Of a DNA stretch of 34,015 nt, positions 8,522-16,745 are shown piece after piece; the stretch's first letter is position 1, and every line of letters starts with the position of its first letter. A program made the translations under genes and the position numbers. Where the stretch lies: NCBI GenBank assembly GCA_020356085.1, contig CP070633.1:1158772-1192786 (forward strand). Direction: 5' to 3'. The notes under the pieces are model-generated. The model was not told the DNA's origin. It made no database searches and was given only the letters and a program-made list of their open reading frames with translations. The DNA comes from Candidatus Coatesbacteria bacterium (lineage in GTDB: Bacteria > RBG-13-66-14 > B26-G2 > WVWN01).

Positions 8522-9589
8522 ATGGGATTAGACGGTAATCTAGAGGATTTCCCGCTCGCCGACGTTCTCCAGCTCATCAACATGGGCTCGCGGACGGGTT
8601 TGCTCGCGATTACCGATAAGGATAATACCGCGCGGATTTGGTTCGAGCGCGGCCAAGCGGTCCACGCGGAGGTCGGCGAGCAAGAGGGCGAGAAGGCCGT
8701 TTACGAAACCTTCAACTGGCGCGAAGGCCGTTTTACGTTCGACACCGACGCCAAAACCGAACGCCGCAGCATCGACCTCGATTGCCAAAACCTCATCATG
8801 GAGGCCGTCCGGCGCCTCGACGAGTGGACCAAACTCCGTAAAGTCATCCCCAGCTCGGACTACGTCGTCGCGTTCGCGGCCGGCCCGGGCGAAAAAGCCG
8901 GCAACATCACCCTCCAAGCCCACGAGTGGAAAGTCTTATCCCTGGTCAACGGCGAATTGCGCCTCGCGGAGCTGGCCGAAAAAACCGGGTTCTCCGAACT
9001 CAAAACGACCCAAATCGTCTTCACGCTAATCGAATCGGGCTTGCTGGAAGTCCACCCCTCGGGCGCCAAGCCCGCCGCCCCGCCCGGCGAGGAAGAACCG
9101 CACGTTAAAAGCCTCCGCGAATTCCTTAAAGGCGTAGAACAACCGGCCGAAATTCGGGAAACTACCGCCACCGTCTCGGCCGCCAAAACCAACGTCGGCG
9201 TCCTGGCGTTGTTCATCAATACCCTCCTCGATAATTTCGAAAATCCCAACGGCCTCTACAACGCCGTTAAACAAGAACGTCCCTTGCGCGAACGCATCGC
9301 GGAGCAGGCCGAGCGCTATCCCCAAGTCGAGATTATAAAATTCGCCGACGACCGGGTGGACATCGAACGACTCGACCAGGATATCGAAACCCTAGACGAT
9401 CTCGGCAAAAAAAATCTCATCGTAGCGCTGGCCGAGGTCAAAGAACAGATTTTCCACACCGCCGAGGCCCAATCGAACAAGATCGCCGCCTCCCGACGCC
9501 ACAATAAAGTACTGGAGCAGCTTTTCGGTACCAACGGCACGCCCCAAGACCTCGGCTTGGGCAGCATTCTGGAACGGAAGACGCAATAA
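8522..9589 (+). CDS. DUF4388 (PatA-N-like) domain protein with winged-helix-like middle region
   Basis: MGLDGNLEDFPLADVLQLI...TGLL...WFERGQAVHA...WREGRFTF...LIMEAVRRLDEW is typical DUF4388, which often accompanies mglAB. Start set at ATG 8522. Confidence 0.85.
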   Translation: MGLDGNLEDFPLADVLQLINMGSRTGLLAITDKDNTARIWFERGQAVHAEVGEQEGEKAVYETFNWREGRFTFDTDAKTERRSIDLDCQNLIMEAVRRLDEWTKLRKVIPSSDYVVAFAAGPGEKAGNITLQAHEWKVLSLVNGELRLAELAEKTGFSELKTTQIVFTLIESGLLEVHPSGAKPAAPPGEEEPHVKSLREFLKGVEQPAEIRETTATVSAAKTNVGVLALFINTLLDNFENPNGLYNAVKQERPLRERIAEQAERYPQVEIIKFADDRVDIERLDQDIETLDDLGKKNLIVALAEVKEQIFHTAEAQSNKIAASRRHNKVLEQLFGTNGTPQDLGLGSILERKTQ

Positions 9590-9659
9590 CCGCGGGTACT
9601 TGCGCACCCTCCCGTTCTTCCGCCCGCAAGGGCGATTTTTAATAAGCCGTCTCTCGGCT

Positions 9660-11642
9660 ATGGCCAAACCGCGCCTCAACCCGTCCCAAGAAAAAGTCGT
9701 TACGGCGCCGCCGGGGCCGATGGTCGTCATCGCCGGCGCGGGTTCCGGGAAAACGCGAGTCATTACCGAACGAGTGCTCCACCTCCTCGCGCACCGCGCC
9801 GTCCCGCCGGCCCACCTCCTCGCCGTCACGTTCACGAACAAGGCCGCGCAGGAGATGCAGCGCCGCCTCGCCGCCGGCCTGGGGTACCGTCCGGCCCTGT
9901 GGGTCGGCACCTTCCACGCGACGGCCTCCCGGATCCTGCGGGAGGAGGCCGGCCACGCCGCGGGCCGCGTCGACCGCAACTTCGTCATCTTCGACCAGGC
10001 CGATACCGAAGCCGCCCTCAAAAAGATCGCCGAGGCCTGGTCCCTCCCCGCCGAGCAATTCCACCACAAACGTCTCGCCGCGGCCATCGAGGCCGCCAAA
10101 CGCGAACTCGTTACCGCCGCGGACTACCCCCGCTCCGACGGCTACCGCGAAACCGTCGCCGACGTGTACGCCGCCTACCAGGAAATCCTCCGGGCCAACA
10201 ACGCCTACGACTTCGGCGACCTATTGCTGGAGCTCGTGCTCCTGTTCCGTCGCGCCCCCCAAGTTCTGGCGCGGTGGCAAGACCGCTTCCGGCATATCCT
10301 GGTCGACGAGTACCAGGATACGAACTACGCCCAATACGAGATCCTACGGCTGCTGGGCCAGAAACGCCGCCACCTCTGTGTCGTCGGCGACCCCGACCAG
10401 TCGATCTACCGGTGGCGGGGCGCGGACATCGCCAACTTCAAACGGTTCGCCGAGGATTTCCCGGAGGCGGAGTTCTATACCCTCGAGCAAAACTACCGCT
10501 CCCACCAAGCAGTCCTCGACGCCGCCAACGCCCTCATCCGCTTCAATACCCAGAGCCGGTACGCCAAAGACCTGTGGAGCGACCGCCCCGCCGAGACCAC
10601 CCCGGCCGTCATGCGGTGCTACGACGAACGCCACGAGGCGTTGCGGGTCGCGGTGGCCGTGGAGGAGGCCCGCGCGAACTACGGCCTGGCGTATCGCGAC
10701 TGCGCCGTACTCTACCGCGTCAACGCGCAATCGCGGGTGTTCGAGGAGGTCTTGGCGCGCGCGGGCGTGCCGTTCCAAATCGTCGGCGGGACGCGGTTCT
10801 ACGAACGCCGTGAGGTAAAGGACGCGCTCGCCTACCTGCGCCTAATCCACAACCCGCAGGAGGCAGTCTCGTTCGGCCGCGTCGTCAACGTGCCGCCGCG
10901 AGGCGTCGGCGCGGCCTCCCTAAATATCCTGGAGGAAAACCGCCGCGGCCGCGCGCCGCTCGAGGCCGCCGCGGACGAAGAGGTTCTCGCGCTTCTGCCG
11001 GCGCGCGCGGCCGCCGGCCTCCGCCGCTTCACCTCGCTTATCGCCGAGCTTGCGCGGGAAGCGGAGACCGCGCCGCCGAGCGTTACCTTGGCCGCGGCCG
11101 TCGAAAAAAGCGGCTACCTGGCCTGGCTCGCCGAAAGCAAGGACGTCAAAGGCGAGGCGCGCGCCGAAAACGTCCGGGAATTGATAACCGCCGCCGCCGA
11201 ATACGAGGATGAACGCGCGGAGGCGACGCTGGCCGAGTTCCTGGAGTCCGTCGCGCTGGTTAGCGACATCGACTCTTACGATGCCGACGCCGACCGCGTA
11301 TCGCTAATGACCCTCCATACCGCCAAGGGATTGGAGTTCCCCGCCGTTTTTCTGGTCGGAGTGGAGGAGTACCTCCTCCCTCATGCGAATTCCATGGGGG
11401 AGGCGGCCGAATTGGAGGAGGAACGCCGCTTGTGTTACGTCGGCGTAACCCGCGCCCAAGACCTGCTATTCCTCTCCTTCGCCGAGACGCGCAACGTCGC
11501 GGGTTCCCTGGAGGCCCGCTCGCCGTCGCGGTTCCTCGCCGAAATGGGCGAGGCCAACGTCGCCGAGCTCGAGCCCTTGGACGTGGACGACGTCGTTACG
11601 TACGAACCGTGGGGCCGCCGCGGCGGATCCACGTTGTATTAG
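9660..11642 (+). CDS. pcrA: ATP-dependent DNA helicase PcrA/UvrD
   Basis: LNPSQ Q-motif, AGAGSGKT, TFTNKAA, VDEYQDTN, VGDPDQSIYRWRGA, LEQNYRS, TLHTAKGLEF, EEERRLCYVGVTRA, SRFL. Start at ATG 9660. Confidence 0.95.
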   Translation: MAKPRLNPSQEKVVTAPPGPMVVIAGAGSGKTRVITERVLHLLAHRAVPPAHLLAVTFTNKAAQEMQRRLAAGLGYRPALWVGTFHATASRILREEAGHAAGRVDRNFVIFDQADTEAALKKIAEAWSLPAEQFHHKRLAAAIEAAKRELVTAADYPRSDGYRETVADVYAAYQEILRANNAYDFGDLLLELVLLFRRAPQVLARWQDRFRHILVDEYQDTNYAQYEILRLLGQKRRHLCVVGDPDQSIYRWRGADIANFKRFAEDFPEAEFYTLEQNYRSHQAVLDAANALIRFNTQSRYAKDLWSDRPAETTPAVMRCYDERHEALRVAVAVEEARANYGLAYRDCAVLYRVNAQSRVFEEVLARAGVPFQIVGGTRFYERREVKDALAYLRLIHNPQEAVSFGRVVNVPPRGVGAASLNILEENRRGRAPLEAAADEEVLALLPARAAAGLRRFTSLIAELAREAETAPPSVTLAAAVEKSGYLAWLAESKDVKGEARAENVRELITAAAEYEDERAEATLAEFLESVALVSDIDSYDADADRVSLMTLHTAKGLEFPAVFLVGVEEYLLPHANSMGEAAELEEERRLCYVGVTRAQDLLFLSFAETRNVAGSLEARSPSRFLAEMGEANVAELEPLDVDDVVTYEPWGRRGGSTLY

Positions 11643-11651
11643 GAGCTGCGC

Positions 11652-11966
11652 ATGACTCCCGCCGAGAAGAGATCCGACGTCATTAGACGCATGGTCCGCG
11701 AGGCCTATCTGGCCTTATCGCCCGCCGAGGAAGAGCAACTCGCCCGCGACGTCGTCGGCCTCTTGGAGAACGTCGACCTCCTGGCGGCGTTGGAGGTGGA
11801 GGCCAAACCCCCGCCTTCGGCCGTGGAACCCGCGGACCTCCGGGCCGACGAGGTGACGCCGTCGCTCGCGCTCGAAGACGCCCTCCGCAACGCCCCCGCC
11901 GCCCACGACGACTTCGTTTCGGTCCCGAAAGTCCTCTCCCCCCCGGAGAAAGAGGAGGCCGAATGA
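11652..11966 (+). CDS. gatC: Asp-tRNA(Asn)/Glu-tRNA(Gln) amidotransferase subunit C
   Basis: About 100 aa with the LRADEV...ALRNAP...FVSVPKVL C-terminal signature, SD AGGAG, upstream of gatA. Confidence 0.85.
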   Translation: MTPAEKRSDVIRRMVREAYLALSPAEEEQLARDVVGLLENVDLLAALEVEAKPPPSAVEPADLRADEVTPSLALEDALRNAPAAHDDFVSVPKVLSPPEKEEAE

Positions 11967-13084
11967 GCCGCCCCCTCCCGCTACTCGCCGCCACGACCCT
12001 CGCCCTTAGCCTGGCCGCGTGTACCACGCCGGAAAAGGAGCCCGCCTCCGCCGAGACCGCCTCCACGGTCGAAGCCCCGCCCACTATCGAAACGCTCGCC
12101 GCGCCGCGGGCAAACGTCGACCTCCGGTGGGAGGAGTGGGCGCCGGTCGGCGTCGCCTCCGCCCGCCTCGACTGGCCCGCCGGCGCCGCCTGGGCCCAGG
12201 GAAAGTTGTACCTGGTGGGGACGCGGAAGTTGCGGGCCCCCGGCGTCGGCCGCGGCCCTCGGGCCGAAATCGTCCTCACGAACCTCTCGCCGCGCGGCGC
12301 GGAGGAAGTGGCGGACTTCCCCAGCCGATTCGCCGAACGGGCGGAAGCCGCGTTGGCGGCCTCCCCCGACAACCGCCTCTGGCTAGTCGGGGGGAACTAC
12401 ACGCCGCCGCCGATCAATCTCGCGCCGGAGGGCCGCCTCGACTATACCGAGCTGGGCACGCCCGTCGGCGAGGTGTACGCCTGGTCGCCGGGCGCGGATG
12501 ACCTCAAGCTGGAGACCTTTCTCCCCGTTCCCCGCGGCGAGGCGGCCGCCTTCTTCTACGGCGGCGATCTGTACGTCGTAGCCGGCCTCTACGACGCGGC
12601 GAATCCCGACGACGTCAACAACCTCCAGGTCCACAAGTACGAACCGGCGGAGGGGCTGTGGACGAAATATCACGACCTCCCCGTCCCGTTGGCGGGGCCG
12701 GCGGCGGCCGTCGCCCGCGGCGGCCTGTACGTTATCGGCGGTAAACAACTCAAACCGGCGTTTATCTCCAACGCCGTCTTCCGTTACGACTTGGAAGTCT
12801 TCAAATGGCAGCGGCTCCCCTCCGCGCCGGCGCCGCGGATGGGGGCCCGGGCGTACGTCGTGGGCGGCCACCTCTACCTCCTCGGCGGGTGCGAGGCAGA
12901 GGGGTTGGGGACGCCCGCGCGGATGGGCCTTAAAACGTACCGCCTCGACGTCGAGGCCAACCGGTGGGAGGAACTCGCGACGCCGCTACCCGAAGGTACC
13001 ACGCTGACCGCGTACGACGGCTCCTATTTTTACGTGGTCGGCGTCGAAAAGACCTACCGCGGCCGGCTGGTCAAAGCGCCGTAG
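11963..13084 (+). CDS. Kelch-repeat (beta-propeller) lipoprotein
   Basis: Lipobox LAAC at Cys20. Kelch repeats LWLVGG, LYVVAG, LYVIGG, LYLLGG with Y...W...P motifs. ATGA overlap with gatC. Confidence 0.8.
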   Translation: MSRPLPLLAATTLALSLAACTTPEKEPASAETASTVEAPPTIETLAAPRANVDLRWEEWAPVGVASARLDWPAGAAWAQGKLYLVGTRKLRAPGVGRGPRAEIVLTNLSPRGAEEVADFPSRFAERAEAALAASPDNRLWLVGGNYTPPPINLAPEGRLDYTELGTPVGEVYAWSPGADDLKLETFLPVPRGEAAAFFYGGDLYVVAGLYDAANPDDVNNLQVHKYEPAEGLWTKYHDLPVPLAGPAAAVARGGLYVIGGKQLKPAFISNAVFRYDLEVFKWQRLPSAPAPRMGARAYVVGGHLYLLGGCEAEGLGTPARMGLKTYRLDVEANRWEELATPLPEGTTLTAYDGSYFYVVGVEKTYRGRLVKAP

Positions 13085-13101
13085 CCCGTTGCGCCTAAAC
13101 C

Positions 13102-14658
13102 ATGGAAATAGTTAATCTGACCGCAACCGAAATCGCCGCGAAAGTCCGCGGCCGCGAGTTGACGGCCGCCGAGGTCCGCGCCGCCTTTCGGGACCGCGTG
13201 GCAGCGCTGGACGGCGACGTGGGCGCGTTCCTGGTGCTAAATGACCGCGACGACGGCGGTGCACAGGAGGGCCCGCTGGCAGGGGTGCCGATCGCCGTCA
13301 AAGACAACCTCTGCACGGATTGGCTACCCACCACGGCCGGCTCGCGCGTAATCGAGAACTACCGGCCACCGTACAACGCCACCGTAGTGGATCGCCTGCT
13401 ACGCGCCGGCGCGTACGTCCTCGGGAAGACGAACCTGGACGAATTCGGGATGGGTTCCTCCACCGAGTATTCGGCGTTCTTTCCGACGAAAAACCCACGG
13501 GACTTGACGAAAGTCCCGGGCGGCTCGAGTGGCGGCTCCGCCGCGGCCGTCTGCGCCGGCTTCGCGCCGGTGGCGCTCGGTACGGACACGGGTGGATCTG
13601 TCCGCCAACCGGCGGCGATGTGCGGCGTCGTCGGCCTCAAGCCGACGTACGGCCGCGTGTCCCGCTACGGCCTAATATCCTTCGCCCCCTCCTTCGACCA
13701 AATCGGCCCGTTGGGACGCTCGGTGGCCGACGTCGCGCTGGTCGCGCAGGTTATAGCGGGAGAAGACCCGCGGGAAGCTACCTCCGGCGCCGAGGCGGTA
13801 CCCGACTACGTCGCGGCACTGGGCCAAGCCCCCGGCCCGCTTCGGATCGGCGTTATCGAGGAATTTTTCGGGACGGGCGAGATTCCCGACCCGGCCGCGT
13901 ACCGCGAGACGCTATCCCACACGTTCGGGAAAAAAGTCCCCGCCGAGACCGTCGAAACGATCATCGCCCAAACCTCCGTCTTCTTCGAGGAGGGAGCGAT
14001 CGAGCCCGGAACGCGGCAAGCCCTGGACGGCGCGCTCGCGGCGCTACGCGACCTGGGCCATACGGTCGAACCGATCGGCATCCCGAGCGCCGCTTGGGCG
14101 TTACCCACTTATTACGTCGCGGTGTGCGCCGAGACGTACTCCAATCTCGCCCGCTTCCAAGCGGTGCTCTTCGGCCCGCGGGCGGAACCGTACGACGGCC
14201 CGTCCGAAATGGTGGCGCGCGCGCGGGCCCGGGGATTCGGCGCGGAGGTCAAACGGCGGCTCGTTGCCGGCGCCTACGTCCTGTCCGTCGGGTACCGCGA
14301 CGCGTACTACGGCAAAGCCCAGACCATCCGGCAACACCTCCGCCACCGCTTCGCGCAGGTGCTGGAGGATTACGACTTCCTCCTCTCGCCCGTCTCGCCG
14401 TTCACGGCGTTCGAGTTGAATACGCGGAACCTCGACCCCCAACTGATGTACTTGGCCGACATATTTTCGAGTTTGCCCAACCTCGTCGGCTTTCCGGCGT
14501 TGACGCTTCCCTGCGGCTTCGACGAGAAAGGCCTTCCCGTCGGCCTGCATCTCCTCGCGCGGCCGTGGGCGGAGGACCGCCTTCTGGCGTTCGCCCACCA
14601 ACTCGAGGCCGCCCTGGACCTGCCGCGCGACGTCGTAACGCCGCGGCCGCCGGCGTAA
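13102..14658 (+). CDS. gatA: Glutamyl-tRNA(Gln) amidotransferase subunit A
   Basis: PIAVKDN, GKTNLDEFGMGSSTE, PGGSSGGSAAAV, GTDTGGSVRQPA, EVKRR, MYLADI. Confidence 0.92.
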   Translation: MEIVNLTATEIAAKVRGRELTAAEVRAAFRDRVAALDGDVGAFLVLNDRDDGGAQEGPLAGVPIAVKDNLCTDWLPTTAGSRVIENYRPPYNATVVDRLLRAGAYVLGKTNLDEFGMGSSTEYSAFFPTKNPRDLTKVPGGSSGGSAAAVCAGFAPVALGTDTGGSVRQPAAMCGVVGLKPTYGRVSRYGLISFAPSFDQIGPLGRSVADVALVAQVIAGEDPREATSGAEAVPDYVAALGQAPGPLRIGVIEEFFGTGEIPDPAAYRETLSHTFGKKVPAETVETIIAQTSVFFEEGAIEPGTRQALDGALAALRDLGHTVEPIGIPSAAWALPTYYVAVCAETYSNLARFQAVLFGPRAEPYDGPSEMVARARARGFGAEVKRRLVAGAYVLSVGYRDAYYGKAQTIRQHLRHRFAQVLEDYDFLLSPVSPFTAFELNTRNLDPQLMYLADIFSSLPNLVGFPALTLPCGFDEKGLPVGLHLLARPWAEDRLLAFAHQLEAALDLPRDVVTPRPPA

Positions 14659-14689
14659 CGGCACCTCTCCAGGCGGGGATCATAAAAGG

Positions 14690-14719
14690 TTGACACCCCG
14701 CCTCGCTCAACCCTATAAT
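14690..14719 (+). promoter_or_regulatory. Consensus sigma70 promoter
   Basis: TTGACA, 18 bp spacer, TATAAT. Confidence 0.8.
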
Positions 14720-14763
14720 GCGCCGTCGCCGCGGCCGCCGTCGCGGCCGCGCCGCCCGCCTCG

Positions 14764-15936
14764 ATGAAACCGCCCAAATTCCATACCCGCGCCGCGCGAG
14801 GCACGGCCCCGATCGACGAAAAGACCGGGGCCTTGTCGGTCCCCATCGTCCAGACCGCCTCCTTCACGCTGGAGCCCGGCGCCGCCGGCCGCGCGGTAGT
14901 CGCCGGCGAGGCGGAGGGTTATTTCTACGGCCGCTTCGCCAATCCCACGACCGCCGTTTTCGAAAGGGACGTCGCAGCGCTGGAGGGTGCCGAAGCCGCG
15001 CTGGCGTTCACCTCCGGGATGGCGGCCATCTCCACCACCGTCCTGGCGCACGTGGGCGCGGGAGACCACCTGGTTACCCAACGGCAACTCTACGGCGGGA
15101 CGGCCATCTTCTTCGCGGAACAGCTCCCCCGCCTGGGCGTGGAGTTAACGTATCTCGAAGAACCGGAGGCGGAGACGGTCGCGGCGGCGATCCGGCCCCA
15201 GACCAAGCTGGTCTACCTGGAAACGCCCTCCAACCCGCTGCTGCGCCTCGTTGACATCGAGGCGACGTCGCGGGCCGCGGCTGCGGCGGGCGTCCCCGTC
15301 ATCTTCGACAATACGTTCGCGACGCCCTACCTGCAGCGGCCGCTCGAACTCGGCGCCACCTACACCGTGCACTCCGCGACGAAATACTTCGGCGGCCACG
15401 ACGTTATCGGCGGCGTCTTAACGGGGCCGGCCGACCGCCTCCACCGAATCCGGAATACGCTGTACAAAGACCTGGGCGTGGCGCCCGCACCGGCGGTATC
15501 GTACCACCTCCTCCGGGGCTTAAAAACGATGCCGCTGCGCATGGACCGCCACTGCGCCAACGCGCAAGCTATGGCCGAGTTCCTGGCGGCCCACGATAAA
15601 GTGAAAACGGTATACTATCCGGGGCTCCCCCAGCATCCCGGGCACGAACTCGCGCGGCGCCAGATGTCCCAATTCGGTGGGATCCTCGCGTTCGAACTTG
15701 CCGACGGCGAGGCCGCGCGGCGCTTCGTGGAGGCGCTCGAGCTATGCGTCTTCGCGGTTAGCCTGGGGGACGCGCTAACGCTGGTCCAACACCCGCCGGG
15801 AATGACACACGGCGTATTCGAGGCCGAAAAGGAGGCGGGGGCGGGGATGGGCCCGGGCTTTATCCGACTCTCGGCCGGATTGGAAGACGCCGACGACATA
15901 ATCGCCGATTTGGCGCAAGCTCTAGACCGCACGTAA
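14764..15936 (+). CDS. PLP-dependent transsulfuration enzyme (cystathionine gamma-synthase/lyase or methionine gamma-lyase family)
   Basis: YGRFANPT, SGMAAI, LYGGT, ETPSNP, DNTFATP, HSATKY (PLP Lys), AVSLG, IRLSAGLE. Confidence 0.92.
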   Translation: MKPPKFHTRAARGTAPIDEKTGALSVPIVQTASFTLEPGAAGRAVVAGEAEGYFYGRFANPTTAVFERDVAALEGAEAALAFTSGMAAISTTVLAHVGAGDHLVTQRQLYGGTAIFFAEQLPRLGVELTYLEEPEAETVAAAIRPQTKLVYLETPSNPLLRLVDIEATSRAAAAAGVPVIFDNTFATPYLQRPLELGATYTVHSATKYFGGHDVIGGVLTGPADRLHRIRNTLYKDLGVAPAPAVSYHLLRGLKTMPLRMDRHCANAQAMAEFLAAHDKVKTVYYPGLPQHPGHELARRQMSQFGGILAFELADGEAARRFVEALELCVFAVSLGDALTLVQHPPGMTHGVFEAEKEAGAGMGPGFIRLSAGLEDADDIIADLAQALDRT

Positions 15937-15956
15937 CGCACAAAGCGAGGTTGAGT

Positions 15957-16592
15957 ATGCAACGGATATTGACGACGGTCGCCCTCGGCGGGGTGCTGGC
16001 CCTCGGCGCCGGGTGCATTTCGTACGAAGTTAACCTCTCGTTGGAAAAAGACGGCTCGGGTACCGTCGTAGTCGATACCTGGGTCGACTATCTCGGCGAG
16101 GAGGAGGGCGACCAGGAAGTCGCCGAAGCGCCTGAGATTAGCGAAGAGATGGGTCCCGCGTTCGCCGAGCTGGAAGGCGTAACCGTCGAGGAGAACTGGG
16201 CCAGAACGGAAGGCGAGGGCGATGACCGCCGCGAACATACGCACCTCCTCCTGGCGTTCGAGGACGTGGAAATCCTTAGCGGCCAGGGCATCTTCGAAAA
16301 TCAAGACTTGACGTTTGAGAAGAAAGGGAAGGAATACGTCTTCACCCACGAGATCCGTAACGTCCGCGAACAACCCGCCGCGGAAACGGCCGAGGAAAGC
16401 TCGGAGGAAAACGAGGAATTGGCCCGGGCGCTGTTCGAGGGTTACACTTTTACGTATACGGTAGTTATGCCCGGCGACGTCACCGACACCAACGGGATCG
16501 TGGCCGACGACGGCCGGACGGTTACGTGGGAGTGGCCCCTCTACGACTTCGCGCAACAAGAGGAAATCGTCATGACGGCTACTTCTCGGTAA
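15957..16592 (+). CDS. LppM/DUF3153-like lipoprotein (paralog 1)
   Basis: Lipobox GAGC, then ISYEVNLSLEKDGSG and YTVVMPGDVTDTNG...VTWEW. SD GAGG before ATG 15957. Confidence 0.7.
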   Translation: MQRILTTVALGGVLALGAGCISYEVNLSLEKDGSGTVVVDTWVDYLGEEEGDQEVAEAPEISEEMGPAFAELEGVTVEENWARTEGEGDDRREHTHLLLAFEDVEILSGQGIFENQDLTFEKKGKEYVFTHEIRNVREQPAAETAEESSEENEELARALFEGYTFTYTVVMPGDVTDTNGIVADDGRTVTWEWPLYDFAQQEEIVMTATSR

Positions 16593-16619
16593 GCCGCCCT
16601 TACCCGGCCGAAAATAATG

Positions 16620-16648
16620 TTGACAGGCCTAGGGCTTATTGTTAGAAT
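16620..16648 (+). promoter_or_regulatory. Sigma70 promoter
   Basis: TTGACA, 17 bp spacer, TGtTAGAAT. Confidence 0.8.
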
Positions 16649-16745
16649 GCGTTACTTTATGGCGGCCGGTGAGGTCCGCAAACTGGCCGCGCAAGGGTAA
16701 GCGAAACGCACTTAAACCCGCTTTTATACTTAGGAGGAATTCTTT

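Noticed and set aside
13320-14693. Long alternative-frame and antisense ORFs (e.g. 457 aa over gatA, 379 and 323 aa over the TonB receptor, 369 aa over the dehydrogenase, 304 aa over pcrA)
   Set aside because: They are Arg/Pro/Gly-rich shadow ORFs expected in high-GC DNA, overlap well-supported genes and contain no motifs.
14720-14763. SAM riboswitch or T-box before the Cys/Met enzyme
   Set aside because: The leader is about 40 nt of GC-rich sequence with no aptamer consensus.
16655-16725. c-di-GMP riboswitch or SRP RNA
   Set aside because: It has GCAAA and GNRA-like words but lacks the conserved cores of those families. It is kept only as an unknown structured leader.
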